A stretch of 64,000 bases of DNA from Gemmatimonadales bacterium (GCA_041615815.1 JBFJCP010000009.1:1-64000), one strand, 5' to 3'; positions 53,989-64,000 are shown, counted from the stretch's first letter. Translations and numbers: made by a program. Notes: generated by a model from the letters alone, not told the origin.

Positions 53989-55083
53989 TCAGAATAGTTC
54001 CCGCAACTCGGTGCGGCCGTCACTCAGGAGTTCCACTCCCTCCGCCCGCAGGACCACATCGTCCTCCAACCGAACGCCACCCCACCCCGGAAAGTAGAGC
54101 CCGGGCTCGATGGTCACGACGGCGTTCTCCGGAAGCGGATGGGTGTTCGTGCGACTCACGCGCGGCGCCTCGTGCACTTCGAGCCCCAACCCATGTCCGA
54201 GCGAATGGCCAAACGCATCTCCAAACCCACGTCGGGTGAGGAGCGCCCTGGCGATGCCGTCGGCCTCCCGACCCGTCATGCCCGCTCGCACGCCGTCGCG
54301 CGCCGCCTGCTGTGCCTCGCGCACCAGTTCGTAGACGGTGCGCTGTCGCTCGTCGGCGGCCCGACCCACCACCACGCTACGTGTGATATCCGCGCAGTAT
54401 CCATCCATTTGCGCCCCAAAGTCAAGGAGCAACCAGTCCCCACGGGCAATCTCTCGCTCCGCGGTCCGGGCGTGCGGAAGGGCACTGCGCGGTCCGGACG
54501 CCACGATCGTCGGAAAAGGGTGCCACTCGCTTCCCCGCCGGCGTAGCTCGTGCTCGAGGTGGGCCGCCACCTCGCGCTCTCGCTGCCCCACCCGCACGCA
54601 GGCCAACGTGGCTTCCAGGGCGGCCTGAGCAAGCCGCGCCGCTTCACGAATCGCCGCGATCTCCTCGGGATCCTTCTGCGCGCGGAGCTCCTCCACCAAC
54701 TCGCCGGCCGGCCGGAACCGACCGTGGGGTCCGTGCTCGCTCAACCGCTTGGCGTCGGCCACCGTCACTGCGTGCGCTTCAAACCCCACCGTCTCGATCC
54801 CCGTGTACTCCTCGAGAACCTGCCACAGCCGCTTCCACAGATCCGCGCTCGCGATCTCCACCCTAGCCGCGTCACCAACTTCCTCTTCCGCCTGCGTCCC
54901 GTAGCGAAAATCCGAGAGGAAGACCGTCTCCGTGGGCAACACCAACGCCAACGCGGACGTGCCGGTGAATCCTGTCAGATAGCGGATGTTGGGAAGATGG
55001 AGAACGAGAAGCCCGTCCAACGCTTCGCGATGGAGCATCGCCAAAAGCGCCGCTCGACGGGGTTCGCGGCGATCACCCCCCAC
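53989..55083 (-). CDS. Xaa-Pro aminopeptidase/dipeptidase (M24B)
   Basis: NIRYLTGFTG, D.G....Y.ADITR, HSLGHGLGLEVHE, TIEPG.Y, GVRLED. Confidence 0.93.
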   Translation of the reverse strand: MGGDRREPRRAALLAMLHREALDGLLVLHLPNIRYLTGFTGTSALALVLPTETVFLSDFRYGTQAEEEVGDAARVEIASADLWKRLWQVLEEYTGIETVGFEAHAVTVADAKRLSEHGPHGRFRPAGELVEELRAQKDPEEIAAIREAARLAQAALEATLACVRVGQREREVAAHLEHELRRRGSEWHPFPTIVASGPRSALPHARTAEREIARGDWLLLDFGAQMDGYCADITRSVVVGRAADERQRTVYELVREAQQAARDGVRAGMTGREADGIARALLTRRGFGDAFGHSLGHGLGLEVHEAPRVSRTNTHPLPENAVVTIEPGLYFPGWGGVRLEDDVVLRAEGVELLSDGRTELRELF

Positions 55084-55516
55084 GAGGCGAGAGGTACTGG
55101 TGGAGCGCGTCGAGAGCGTACACGTACCCCTGCGGTCCGAAGCCGGCAATGACGCCGAGCGCGAGATCAGCCAGCAGGGAATGGCGCCGTTGTGGCTCTC
55201 GGGCAAAGACGTTCGAGAGGTGGACTTCGACAAAGGGAACGCGGACCGCGAGGAACGCGTCTCGGATGGCGATCGACGTGTGGGTCAAGGCCGCGGCGTT
55301 GACCACCGCCCCCTCAGCGGCGCCCACCAAACCCTGCACGAGCTCGACGAACTGCCCCTCGTGATTGGTCTGGTACCACGCGATCGCGATACCCCGCTCC
55401 TCGGCTCTGGCCCGGACCATTGTCTCGATGTCGTCGAGGCGCGCGGTGCCGTACAGCGCGGGCTCACGCGTTCCGAGAAGATTGAGGTTAGGTCCGTTGA
55501 GAACGGCGACGCGCAC
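55073..55516 (-). CDS. aroQ: Type II 3-dehydroquinate dehydratase
   Basis: LNGPNLNLLG.REP..YG, THTS.A..DA, EVHLSN..RE. Confidence 0.97.
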   Translation of the reverse strand: MRVAVLNGPNLNLLGTREPALYGTARLDDIETMVRARAEERGIAIAWYQTNHEGQFVELVQGLVGAAEGAVVNAAALTHTSIAIRDAFLAVRVPFVEVHLSNVFAREPQRRHSLLADLALGVIAGFGPQGYVYALDALHQYLSPRGG

Positions 55517-57661
55517 TTAGGACTTCAGGCTCTCGAGCCAGTCCCGAAAATCCTCTTCACCCTCGTCGTCCGATTCGGTGTCCTCGGCTTCGGCAGCGGC
55601 GGGCACGTCGGACCCCGTGCGTGGGGTGCCGAAGAACTCCTCGTACGACGAGCCGTGCGGCGCCACCTCCTGTGGCCCCGCGGCGGGCGGAGGAGCCGCC
55701 GGCGCCGCGGAAGGTTCTTCGCCAAAGACGGACGCCAGGGACAACCCCTCGCCCCCCGCCGTTCCCGCTTGACCTTCCGCCTGCTCCTCGCGCTCGAACA
55801 CCGCGTCGAGCGCCTCGACCGGGGATGCGTGACTCGCCGCCGCGCCCGCTGCGGCCGCATCCGACGCGGGCAGCGTGGGGCGGGCCGCCGCAACTTGCTG
55901 GAGCAGCTTCCGAACGGAGTCCTCGCCGCTCGCCGCGGCGAAAAACTCGCCTCGCGGCTTTGGCCGAACCGGCACCGCGCGCGCTTCGAGGTCCGCGAGC
56001 CGCCGTTCCAATTCAGGGTCTCCCGGCCGGCGCATCAAGAGCTGCTGATAGATCTCGCGCGCCTCGTCGAAGAGTCCCTGCCGCGCGTAGACCTCGGCCA
56101 TCGTCTCGGTCAGCACGGGCTCGGGTTCAGGCTCCTCCTCTTCGGCCTCGACGTCCTCTGGCAGGATCAACGGAAGGTCGGACGCAGCCGAAGACGCCCT
56201 CATCGGAGCCGGCTCCTCTTCCAGGGACTCCTCGAAGACCGGAGGCTCGGCCACGAGCTCGTCGTCGGGCATCTCCGGCTCCGGCGCCACCGCCTCGGCC
56301 TCCACAGCCACCGGCTCGTCCAACGGCACGTCGGGCACATCTGCCTCTTCGAGCGGCGGTGGCGCATAACCCTGCTCCCGCAATGCCTCGGCCATCGTCG
56401 AATCGCCGGCCGCGAGCCCACCCACCGGCTCGACGTCATCACTGACGATCTCCGCTGCCGGCACGTCCTCGGCCACGCCGGCGTCGTGTTCGTCCTGCCC
56501 GTCCTCTCCGGACGCCCCGCTGATGTCCGGGACCTCCGCGTACTCGAGACCCGGTAGGTAATGCGCGGCGTCCTCGAGGGCCTCTTCTTGCAGCTGCTCA
56601 GCCTCGGCGAGATCTGCATCCGTGATCTCCCTCGACAAACGCTCCCCCGCATCCCACGACAGCTCCTCGTCGAACGGGGTGACATCGAGATCGGCCGCCA
56701 GCTCCGCGGGCACCTCTCCCACGTCCTCACGCATTGGGATCGTCTCTTGTGTCCGCGGGGGCACCTCGGGCTGAACCACCTCCTCGGCCGGCGGCGGCCC
56801 CGACGTCGCGGACATCTCCTCAGACGGGACGACGGTGTCGGATGGTGGCGGCTCCGAAGGAGCGGCAGCCGCCTCGACGTGCGGCGGCTCCTCGAGCGAG
56901 ACCGCCTCCGCCGTTATTTCGGACGACGACTCGACGGGTTCGAGGTCCGCTTCCACGCGCTCGACCGTAATGGGCTCCATCTCCAGCGTGTCGACGTCCG
57001 GCACCGCTGAGGCCCGTTCCACTTCGAGGGATTCCGCCACCGGCTCGGCCTCCGCCTCCGCCTCCGCCTCCAAGGCGGAAACTTCCACGTCGTCCGACGC
57101 CAGCTCGGGGACATCCGCGACCGCCTCCTCCTCCGGGCCCCCCCCGGTGTCGACCAACCCGCGAGCGTCGTCGGTGGTCGGCACCGGCAGCTCCGCGAGT
57201 TCCGCTGTCTCCGCCTCCGTATCTACCGGCGGGGACTGCGCGGCCGATGCCTCTTCCGCCTCCACCTGCGCCAGCGCCTCCAACTCGGCCCGCGCTTCGT
57301 CGTTCATGGGGTCCACGTCGAGCAGCCGTTCGAGCCAGCGTCTGGCGCCCGGACGGTCGCCCTGACGCCCAGCGATCTCGCTCAGCGACTTGAGGGCGAT
57401 GATATTCTCGGCATCCAACTCCAATACCCGCTCGAACGCCTTGGCCGCCTCGGGATCGTCACCTTGATCGAGGAGGCATCGCCCAAGGACGATGTGCCCG
57501 CTGGTGTAGTTGGGCCGCTTCTCCAGCCCCGAACGCACCACGTCCAGCGCCCGCTCGACTTCCCCAGCTTTACGGTATGCATCAGCCAGGGCGGCGAACC
57601 ACTGCTCAGGTTTTTCCCGAAAGCGCTGTTCGAGCTTCTCGATTTCGCTCTGGTAGGCCAT
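55517..57661 (-). CDS. TPR protein with long acidic low-complexity linker
   Basis: N-terminal TPRs (FAALADAYRKAG), E/P/A-rich middle, TETMAEVY..QG TPR, C-terminal EDFRDWLESLKS. Confidence 0.85.
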   Translation of the reverse strand: MAYQSEIEKLEQRFREKPEQWFAALADAYRKAGEVERALDVVRSGLEKRPNYTSGHIVLGRCLLDQGDDPEAAKAFERVLELDAENIIALKSLSEIAGRQGDRPGARRWLERLLDVDPMNDEARAELEALAQVEAEEASAAQSPPVDTEAETAELAELPVPTTDDARGLVDTGGGPEEEAVADVPELASDDVEVSALEAEAEAEAEPVAESLEVERASAVPDVDTLEMEPITVERVEADLEPVESSSEITAEAVSLEEPPHVEAAAAPSEPPPSDTVVPSEEMSATSGPPPAEEVVQPEVPPRTQETIPMREDVGEVPAELAADLDVTPFDEELSWDAGERLSREITDADLAEAEQLQEEALEDAAHYLPGLEYAEVPDISGASGEDGQDEHDAGVAEDVPAAEIVSDDVEPVGGLAAGDSTMAEALREQGYAPPPLEEADVPDVPLDEPVAVEAEAVAPEPEMPDDELVAEPPVFEESLEEEPAPMRASSAASDLPLILPEDVEAEEEEPEPEPVLTETMAEVYARQGLFDEAREIYQQLLMRRPGDPELERRLADLEARAVPVRPKPRGEFFAAASGEDSVRKLLQQVAAARPTLPASDAAAAGAAASHASPVEALDAVFEREEQAEGQAGTAGGEGLSLASVFGEEPSAAPAAPPPAAGPQEVAPHGSSYEEFFGTPRTGSDVPAAAEAEDTESDDEGEEDFRDWLESLKS

Positions 57662-57841
57662 ACGTCGAGGGCTCACCCCCGAGGGTTCGGGGTATCTCCG
57701 AGTGGTCTAGGCATCGGTAACCTCGCAACTTAGCGCGCGCCAAGCGCGACTGTCAACTGATATGGACGTTTCCGCCTTGAGATTTCTCGTTGTCGCACTT
57801 AGACTTAGCGGCCTCACGCCCGAACGGAGTGCTGAATCTCT

Positions 57842-59704
57842 ATGATGCGAGTAATGCGCGGCATTGCGCCGTGGATCATGGTCATCGTGGCCGTCAGCTT
57901 TGTCGGCTGGATGGTGTTCGAGGTGGGCATGGACGCCACCGGCCGCGGCGGCCAAAACGCGATCGACGAGGTGGGGCGCGTCAACGGCCAAAAGATCGGC
58001 CTGCAAACCTACTACTCCGCCCTGCGCAACACCCAAGAACAACAGCGCCAACAGGGCGTCCCGGTCGCCGAGACGCTGGAAGAACAGCGAGCGTTGGAAG
58101 ACGCCGTGATGGAACAGCTGATCCAGCAGATGCTGCTGGCCCAGGAGTATCGGCGTCGGGGCATTTCGGTCTCGGATGAGGAGGTACGTCAGGCGATGCT
58201 CAACGCACCGCCACCCGAGATTCTGCAGGTGCCGGAGTTTCAGACCGACGGCCAATTCGACGTGCAGAAATACCAGCGCTACCTCCTGTCCGGTGCGGAT
58301 CCGACGTTCACCTTTGCGCTCGAGGCGCAGGCTCGGGAAGCCATTCCACGGTACAAGCTCCAAGACCGGCTCGTGTCCGACGTCTACGTCTCCGACGCCA
58401 AGCTCTGGCAGATCTATCGGGACCGGAACGACTCCACGACCATTCGCTTGCTCACCCTGCTTCCACAGCTGGTGGTCCCGGATTCGGCCATTGCGCTCAC
58501 GGATGCCGAGGTGCAGGCCTACTACCGCGCCCATCGGAACGACTTCGAGGAGCCGGCGAACGCGTACCTGACCTATGTCTCCATCTCTCGCGTTCCGGAC
58601 GCGTCGGACTCCGCGGCGGCGCTGGCTCGCGCACAGGACATCCGTGCGGAGCTGCTCGCGGGGGCAGACTTCGCTGTCGTCGCGCAGCGTGAATCGGCCG
58701 ATTCCGTGAGCCGAGCCGATGGGGGCGATCTTGGCGAGGCGACCCCGGGACAGTTTGTCCGCGAGTTCGAGGAGGCGGCCCTGGCCCTCAGACCCGGTCA
58801 GATCTCCGAACCGGTGCGCTCTGCGTTTGGCATTCACATCATCAAGCTTGAGGCCCGATCGGGGGAGAGCTACCACGCACGTCACATTTTGATACCGGTG
58901 GAGCTCCAAGGTGAGCACCTCGACGCCGTGGATGCCCGGGCTGACTCCTTGGACCTGCTGGCGGCAACGCAGGACGACCCCGCGGCGCTCACCGCTGCTG
59001 CCTCGCTGATGGGGCTCCCGCTCATGCAATCTGGGCCGATTCAGGAAGGCGTTACCCCACGAATCGGCACCTTCTCCGTGGCCGACGCCGGCATTTGGGC
59101 CTTTGAAGCAGAGGTCGGAGAGATCTCGGAGGTCGTGGAGACCGATCAGGCGTATTACGTGTTCCGATTGGACAGCCTCCGGGCGGCGGGTGTCCCACCC
59201 TTGGCGCGAATCGAAGGTCGGGTACGGCAGGCGGCGCGCGTCGCGAAGCAAATGGAGCAGACGCGGGCCATCGCTCGGGAGATCGCCGCCGATCTCGCCG
59301 GCGGCGTGGGGCTCTCGGAAGCTGCGGGTCGGCGCAACCTCGTCACGCGGATCCTCGGCCCCTTTACGCGCACCACCCCTCCACCAGTCATCCGGGATGC
59401 ACCCGCAGTCGTGGGACTCGCATTCGGCCTTGCCGTCGGAACGGCTGGCGGACCCGTGGAATCGGAGCGGGCCCTCTTTTTCGTGGAGCCCACCGCGCGG
59501 CAACTGGCGGACTCGGCCGCGTTCACGGCCCAGATCGGCCAGCTGCGATCTCAGGTCTTGCAGCAGGAGCGGCAGGCTCGGCTCCAGTTGGTGTTCGCGT
59601 CGTTGCGACGAGGGGCCGACGTCGTCGACCGGCGCCGCGAGCTGGAGCGTCTCCAGCGCCAGGCGCCCGACATGCCCTTCCCCCAGAATCCGTTTGGGTT
59701 CTAG
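57842..59704 (+). CDS. ppiD: PpiD/SurA-like membrane-anchored peptidyl-prolyl isomerase
   Basis: N-terminal TM, SurA-N region, parvulin domain F..VA...S.D....GGDLG, FG.HII. Confidence 0.85.
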   Translation: MMRVMRGIAPWIMVIVAVSFVGWMVFEVGMDATGRGGQNAIDEVGRVNGQKIGLQTYYSALRNTQEQQRQQGVPVAETLEEQRALEDAVMEQLIQQMLLAQEYRRRGISVSDEEVRQAMLNAPPPEILQVPEFQTDGQFDVQKYQRYLLSGADPTFTFALEAQAREAIPRYKLQDRLVSDVYVSDAKLWQIYRDRNDSTTIRLLTLLPQLVVPDSAIALTDAEVQAYYRAHRNDFEEPANAYLTYVSISRVPDASDSAAALARAQDIRAELLAGADFAVVAQRESADSVSRADGGDLGEATPGQFVREFEEAALALRPGQISEPVRSAFGIHIIKLEARSGESYHARHILIPVELQGEHLDAVDARADSLDLLAATQDDPAALTAAASLMGLPLMQSGPIQEGVTPRIGTFSVADAGIWAFEAEVGEISEVVETDQAYYVFRLDSLRAAGVPPLARIEGRVRQAARVAKQMEQTRAIAREIAADLAGGVGLSEAAGRRNLVTRILGPFTRTTPPPVIRDAPAVVGLAFGLAVGTAGGPVESERALFFVEPTARQLADSAAFTAQIGQLRSQVLQQERQARLQLVFASLRRGADVVDRRRELERLQRQAPDMPFPQNPFGF

Positions 59705-59866
59705 GGTTCGGTGCTAGGTGCTAGTGCGTAGAGGGTAGGCCACGGGCAAAGCGATACGGACGTGCAGCGCAACAGCAAGGGCCAGGGTGAGCGTGATCGA
59801 TCTCCCATGGCCCTTGCTGTTGCGACAACCCATGCTGCCGGTCGCCGACGGTCTGCCGCCTGCCGC

Positions 59867-60109
59867 CTACTGTGACAGCTTCTTTGGATCGCCGCTCCCG
59901 CTCTCGTCGCCCGGCGCATCGATTTGGCGGGCTGGCGGGACGCTGGTATCGGTGTCGATCTCGTTTCGCACTTCGCGGATGCTCTTCTTGAACTCGCGAA
60001 TTCCCTTGCCCATCGACTGCCCGATCTCCGGGAGACGCTTTGCTCCGAACACGAGCAGCAGCACCAGGAGGATCACCAAAATTTCCCACATGCCGAGGTT
60101 GAAGGGCAT
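59867..60109 (-). CDS. tatA: Twin-arginine translocase TatA/E subunit
   Basis: LLVFGAKRLPEIG..MGKGIREFK. Confidence 0.95.
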   Translation of the reverse strand: MPFNLGMWEILVILLVLLLVFGAKRLPEIGQSMGKGIREFKKSIREVRNEIDTDTSVPPARQIDAPGDESGSGDPKKLSQ

Positions 60110-60119
60110 GGTTGCCTCG

Positions 60120-60392
60120 CTAGAAAAGAGAACGTGCGAGCAAGTACGCCAGGACGATACCCACAAGGCCCAAGAGCGACACCTTGATGACGAGCGGTCC
60201 CAGTGCCAAGCTCAGGATCAATAGATCCAATTCGACCGGCCCAATCTGGGGCGCCACCGTCCAGGTGAAGAATTCCTTCGCGGGACCGTCGGGCAGGAAG
60301 CGTTCCAGCAGCGCCGAGAGGAACCCCCCGAGGACGAACCCCAGGGCCAGTACTGCTATGTAAAATAGCGGGCGCCGCGGTCCAATGGCCAC
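60120..60392 (-). CDS. DUF4321-like small membrane protein
   Basis: Two hydrophobic segments with GP..LDL. Confidence 0.65.
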   Translation of the reverse strand: MAIGPRRPLFYIAVLALGFVLGGFLSALLERFLPDGPAKEFFTWTVAPQIGPVELDLLILSLALGPLVIKVSLLGLVGIVLAYLLARSLF

Positions 60393-60397
60393 GGGTG

Positions 60398-61387
60398 TCA
60401 GCTCCGACGTTCAATCGCGTAGATGATGCAGTCTCGGAGGGCATTCCGGGCGCGACCGGACGGGAGGCACTCGAGCTCGGCTTCCGCCTCGAGGGCGAGC
60501 TCCTGGGCCCGCGCCCGCGCGGCGGCGATTCCGCCCCGCGCCTCGACGATGCGAATCACAGCCGCGATGAGCTCATCGGCCGGGCGGGGATCCGCCATGA
60601 GCTGCTCCACGTGAGCCCGCTCGCCGGCATCCATCGAGGGCAGCGCCGCGATGAGCGGCAGGGTGATCTTGTGCTCTCGCAGATCCAGCCCGGCCGGCTT
60701 GCCGGTCACGGACTCCGACTCGGTGTAATCCAGCACGTCGTCGGCAATCTGAAACGCCATACCCAAGAGCCGGCCGTACCGCCGCAACGCCTCGCGGTGG
60801 GCAGGCTGGCCGCCAATGGCACCGACCTCGCAGGCTCCAGCCATCAGCGAGGCTGTCTTCGCATCGATCAGCCGATCGTAGTCCTCGTCCGAGAAGTCGA
60901 GTACGTCATGCGCGGTGACCTCGCGCATTTCCCCCACGGTCATCTCGTTGGTGACGCGGCTGATGACGCTCAATGGCTCCAGATCGTCCAGCTTGACCAA
61001 CTCCGTGATGGCGCGGGAGTAGAGGTAATCTCCCATGATGACGGCGACCTGGTGACTGAACAGCGCATTCACCGTGGGTTGGCCGCGCCGCAGCACCGAG
61101 TGATCGACGGAGTCGTCGTGAATGAGGGTGGCGAGGTGAATCAGCTCGATGACCGCCGCCAGGGTGACGTCGCGGGGAACGGGTCCACGGGTCGCCTGGG
61201 CCGCCAGGAGCAGTAACGTGGGCCGGAACATCTTGCCCCGAATCCGCAGCAAGTGCTCGTTGACGTCACTGATGAGATGGAAGTCGGTCTTGATGATGCG
61301 ACCGAGCTCGGTGAACACCGCGTCGAGCTCGACCCGCACGGGCTCTTGGATCGCCGTGAGTGCGGGGCGCACGACCTGAGGCCCCAC
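60398..61387 (-). CDS. Polyprenyl diphosphate synthase (IspB-like)
   Basis: GK.FRP, LIHDDSVD..LRRG, GDY, KTASL, FQIADDVLD. Confidence 0.95.
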   Translation of the reverse strand: MGPQVVRPALTAIQEPVRVELDAVFTELGRIIKTDFHLISDVNEHLLRIRGKMFRPTLLLLAAQATRGPVPRDVTLAAVIELIHLATLIHDDSVDHSVLRRGQPTVNALFSHQVAVIMGDYLYSRAITELVKLDDLEPLSVISRVTNEMTVGEMREVTAHDVLDFSDEDYDRLIDAKTASLMAGACEVGAIGGQPAHREALRRYGRLLGMAFQIADDVLDYTESESVTGKPAGLDLREHKITLPLIAALPSMDAGERAHVEQLMADPRPADELIAAVIRIVEARGGIAAARARAQELALEAEAELECLPSGRARNALRDCIIYAIERRS

Positions 61388-61391
61388 GTCC

Positions 61392-63794
61392 TCAGCTCCC
61401 TGTACCGGCAAGGGTGCGGACGCGGTCGCTCACGTCCCCGAAATTGATGTCGATGGCGAATACACGCTGGTAGTGTTGGAGGGCATCCGACGGTCGGTTC
61501 TGATGCTCTTCGCATCGGCCCAACCAGTACAACAGACCGATCTTCTGCTCATCGCCCCCAGTCTCCGAGTCGATGGCCCGGCGCAGCACGGTGGCGGCTA
61601 CGGAAAACTGTCCTTTCTCGAAAAAACACAGCCCGAGCGCTTCGGAGGTGCGGAGCCGGCTGTCCGCCGCCCGGAGGGCTTTTTGGAACTCGGAGATGGC
61701 TTCGTCGAGAAGCCCCATTTCCTTGAAGGCGATCCCCAAGTCATAATGCGCCTGGGCATCCTCCTCTTCGATGTTGACCTCGATCCCCCGTTTGAATCTG
61801 CTGAGCATGCGCTCGAAGTCCTTCTCCTCATCCCCCGTGGGCTCTTCTTCTTCGATGCGCATGCGCGTATCGCGTTCCAACTTCGTATCGTCGAGCACCA
61901 GCTCGCCGAGATCCACGAAGCCGCTACCGCGCCCGGGTTGGGGCGTCGCTGCGACCACCTCAGCTTCTTCCGCGGCTCCCTCGACGGGCTCGAGCGTTTC
62001 GAGAGCCGCTCTGGCCGATTCATTGTCTGTGTCGTGCTCCAACACGCGTTGGTACACGAGCCGAGCGCGTTCCACGTCGTCGGTGCGCACGAGCGCGTCC
62101 GCGAGCCCCAAGTACGCCTCGACCAGTCGTGCCTTTTCGCCGGACCGAAAAGCCAGTTCGACTCGCTTCTGGTGGTGTTGCGCGCTGTTGGGCTCCAGCC
62201 GCAGCATCTCGTCCACCAAGGCCTTGGCCTGCGACCACTCCTCCCGGCCCTCGTGCATTTGCAGCGCAAGATCCAGCTCCTCGAGGCCACGTTCCCGCTC
62301 GCCGGCCTCGATGAGCGCCTCGGCCAGGGCCCGGTGCGTCACGGGATCGTCGGGGTCGTCGGCGACCCGCGCTTCCAACGTCGCGATGTCAGGCGGCCCC
62401 GGTGGCGGCGCTGGCTCCGCCCCCACCGTGATGGGCTCACCGGTCGGTGCCGGCGACTCGATGTCCAGCGCGGGCACGTCGACCTCCGGCCCTTCGTCAT
62501 CGATGTCCACCACCGCCGGCATTTCCGAGGTCGTGAGGCCGGTGAGATCCAAGTCCGGCGCTTCGATCGCGCCGCCGTCATCCAGCGCCAGTCCGTCGTC
62601 CCGTCCGGTGATGGTCAGGGCCTCCTCTTCCGCCCCGATCTCGGTCCCGGCGATGATCGGCAGGTCATCGTCCACGTCTTCGTCATCCTCGGGAACGGCG
62701 ATCAGCGGCAGCTCCACGTCCTCGTCCTCCTCCTCGTCCAGCTCGAGCACGCCGGCCGCGTCGCTCTCTTCCTCCAGCGAGTCATCCAGCAGCGTAGGCT
62801 CGATATCCAGCGCGGGAACCTCTCCCGTGTCCTCCTCGGCCCATGATGGGGTCTCGAGTCCTTCGAGTTGGTCCACCGCCGGCGGTTCGGCTGGCGTCTC
62901 CACCACCCCCAGATCGAACTCCGATGTCCGCTCGATCTCCATCAGCTCGACGTCGCCCTCCTCCATCTCCGAGAATGGGGCGCGCTGGATCTGGATGGTC
63001 TCATCGGCGTCCACCGGCGCGGTGGGCATCGCCACGTCGCTCGACGGCTCAGGTCCGAGATCGAGAAAGACCAAGTCGCCCGTCTTCGCCCCTCGGGGGA
63101 CCGCGGGCGCCGCAGGCGCGGTGTCGTCGACGTCGTATTCCGGGTCGATCGCGCGGATCTTCTCGAGCGTCACGCGCGAGCGCCGCGTGTCTCCCGTCGC
63201 CTGGAGCTCAGCGTACAGCTTGTCCAGCTGCTCGCGAGCCTCATCCGTGCGAGCCGCCGTCTTGAGCTGCTCGGCCAGGAGCAGCCGAATCTCCTCGTTC
63301 GCGGGCGAAAGATCGGCAAACTCCTTCAACGCCTCGAACGCCTCTTCCAGGCGACCGGCGCGCTGCATCCGCTCGGCGTATTCCAGCAGGTTCTGCTTGG
63401 CCTCGGCCACGAACCCGCGGAGCACCATCAGCTGCGCCAGCTTCAGGTAGACCTGCGTCCGACCAGGCGCATTCCGCAGGATCTTGTTGCAGAGGGCGAT
63501 CGCGTTATTGGGAAGTCCTGACTCGGCGTACAAATTGGCTGCGCGCTCGTACATCTCCACCGCCGGCTGGGGAGAGCCGGTCTTGAGGTACAGGTCGCCG
63601 ACCTTGTTGAAGAGGGACAGCTCGTGATAGAGCTCCGGTGTGTTCTCGAGCTCACGGATGATCTTGGTGTAGAGATCGATGGCCTTGTCGAACTGGCCTT
63701 TGAGCTCGAGTTTCCGGGCTTTGTCTTTTGCTTTCTCGACGTTCAGAGCGGACCTCGGCGCGTTGGGGGCGGGCGCGTAAACCCTTTCAAACAA
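61392..63794 (-). CDS. Large TPR protein with acidic linker (SgmX-like architecture)
   Basis: N-terminal TPR array, D/E-rich middle, C-terminal AHYDLGIAFKEMGLLDEAISEF TPRs; start TTG 63794 or CTG 63746. Confidence 0.8.
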   Translation of the reverse strand: MFERVYAPAPNAPRSALNVEKAKDKARKLELKGQFDKAIDLYTKIIRELENTPELYHELSLFNKVGDLYLKTGSPQPAVEMYERAANLYAESGLPNNAIALCNKILRNAPGRTQVYLKLAQLMVLRGFVAEAKQNLLEYAERMQRAGRLEEAFEALKEFADLSPANEEIRLLLAEQLKTAARTDEAREQLDKLYAELQATGDTRRSRVTLEKIRAIDPEYDVDDTAPAAPAVPRGAKTGDLVFLDLGPEPSSDVAMPTAPVDADETIQIQRAPFSEMEEGDVELMEIERTSEFDLGVVETPAEPPAVDQLEGLETPSWAEEDTGEVPALDIEPTLLDDSLEEESDAAGVLELDEEEDEDVELPLIAVPEDDEDVDDDLPIIAGTEIGAEEEALTITGRDDGLALDDGGAIEAPDLDLTGLTTSEMPAVVDIDDEGPEVDVPALDIESPAPTGEPITVGAEPAPPPGPPDIATLEARVADDPDDPVTHRALAEALIEAGERERGLEELDLALQMHEGREEWSQAKALVDEMLRLEPNSAQHHQKRVELAFRSGEKARLVEAYLGLADALVRTDDVERARLVYQRVLEHDTDNESARAALETLEPVEGAAEEAEVVAATPQPGRGSGFVDLGELVLDDTKLERDTRMRIEEEEPTGDEEKDFERMLSRFKRGIEVNIEEEDAQAHYDLGIAFKEMGLLDEAISEFQKALRAADSRLRTSEALGLCFFEKGQFSVAATVLRRAIDSETGGDEQKIGLLYWLGRCEEHQNRPSDALQHYQRVFAIDINFGDVSDRVRTLAGTGS

Positions 63795-64000
63795 CGTAAG
63801 GTAGAGAGGCCGTTCCGGGGTGACAACCCACACCACCCACCCATACCTGCTGGACCAAATTCGTTCCGTACCAATACGGTAGCTCCCGCCAATCCCGCGC
63901 CGCCACCTGGACAAGATCAGCCCGGAATCCTGGTGCCACCTGACCCCGGTTCAGGGCCAGCCCCAGCGCCGCCGCACCATTGACGGTGATCGCCACCACG
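63787..64000 (-). CDS. hutI: Imidazolonepropionase, C-terminal fragment (gene starts beyond the right edge)
   Basis: TVNGAAALGL...G.VAPG.RADL....DWRELPYWYG.N amidohydrolase C-terminus typical of HutI. Confidence 0.7.
   Translation of the reverse strand, partial: VVAITVNGAAALGLALNRGQVAPGFRADLVQVAARDWRELPYWYGTNLVQQVWVGGVGCHPGTASLPYVV

Noticed and set aside
59705..59866. Short 7-bp duplications (GTGCTAG x2, CTGCCGC x2) between the convergent ppiD and tatA genes
   Set aside because: Only two units each; not distinguishable from chance.

Overview
High-GC bacterial DNA. The gene order on the right (efp-accB-accC-comB-ftsK, DUF4321-tatA, acidic TPR proteins) suggests Gemmatimonadota, but this is an inference. 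Positions 1 to ~36 kb are an accessory surface-polysaccharide region. It opens with four tandem lipoproteins with carbohydrate-active-like folds, two of which share an exactly duplicated domain start. It has a Wzx flippase, a Wzy/O-antigen-ligase-like protein and only two GT4 glycosyltransferases, but a very large set of modification genes. These are FkbH + ACP, an SGNH/AlgJ-like protein, four NodB deacetylases, five GNAT/FemAB-fold proteins, a DegT aminotransferase, a methyltransferase, a sulfotransferase, an EgsA-like dehydrogenase + cytidylyltransferase + TagF-like transferase, an sxtIJK-like carbamoyltransferase cassette and an alkaline-phosphatase-superfamily enzyme. Many transcription units here are preceded by sigma54-like -24/-12 motifs. 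Positions ~36-64 kb are housekeeping genes, almost all on the minus strand: rarA, ZIP, cca, epimerase, SDR, PHP phosphatase, alaS, recX, recA, yraN, ftsK, comB, accC, a PilT/U ATPase, accB, efp, Xaa-Pro peptidase, aroQ, TPR, PpiD-like, tatA, DUF4321, polyprenyl synthase, an SgmX-like TPR protein and the 3' end of hutI. No rRNA, tRNA, CRISPR array or mobile element was recognised. Start codons were re-chosen by eye where the ORF track over-extends. All family calls come from motif recognition, not database searches.
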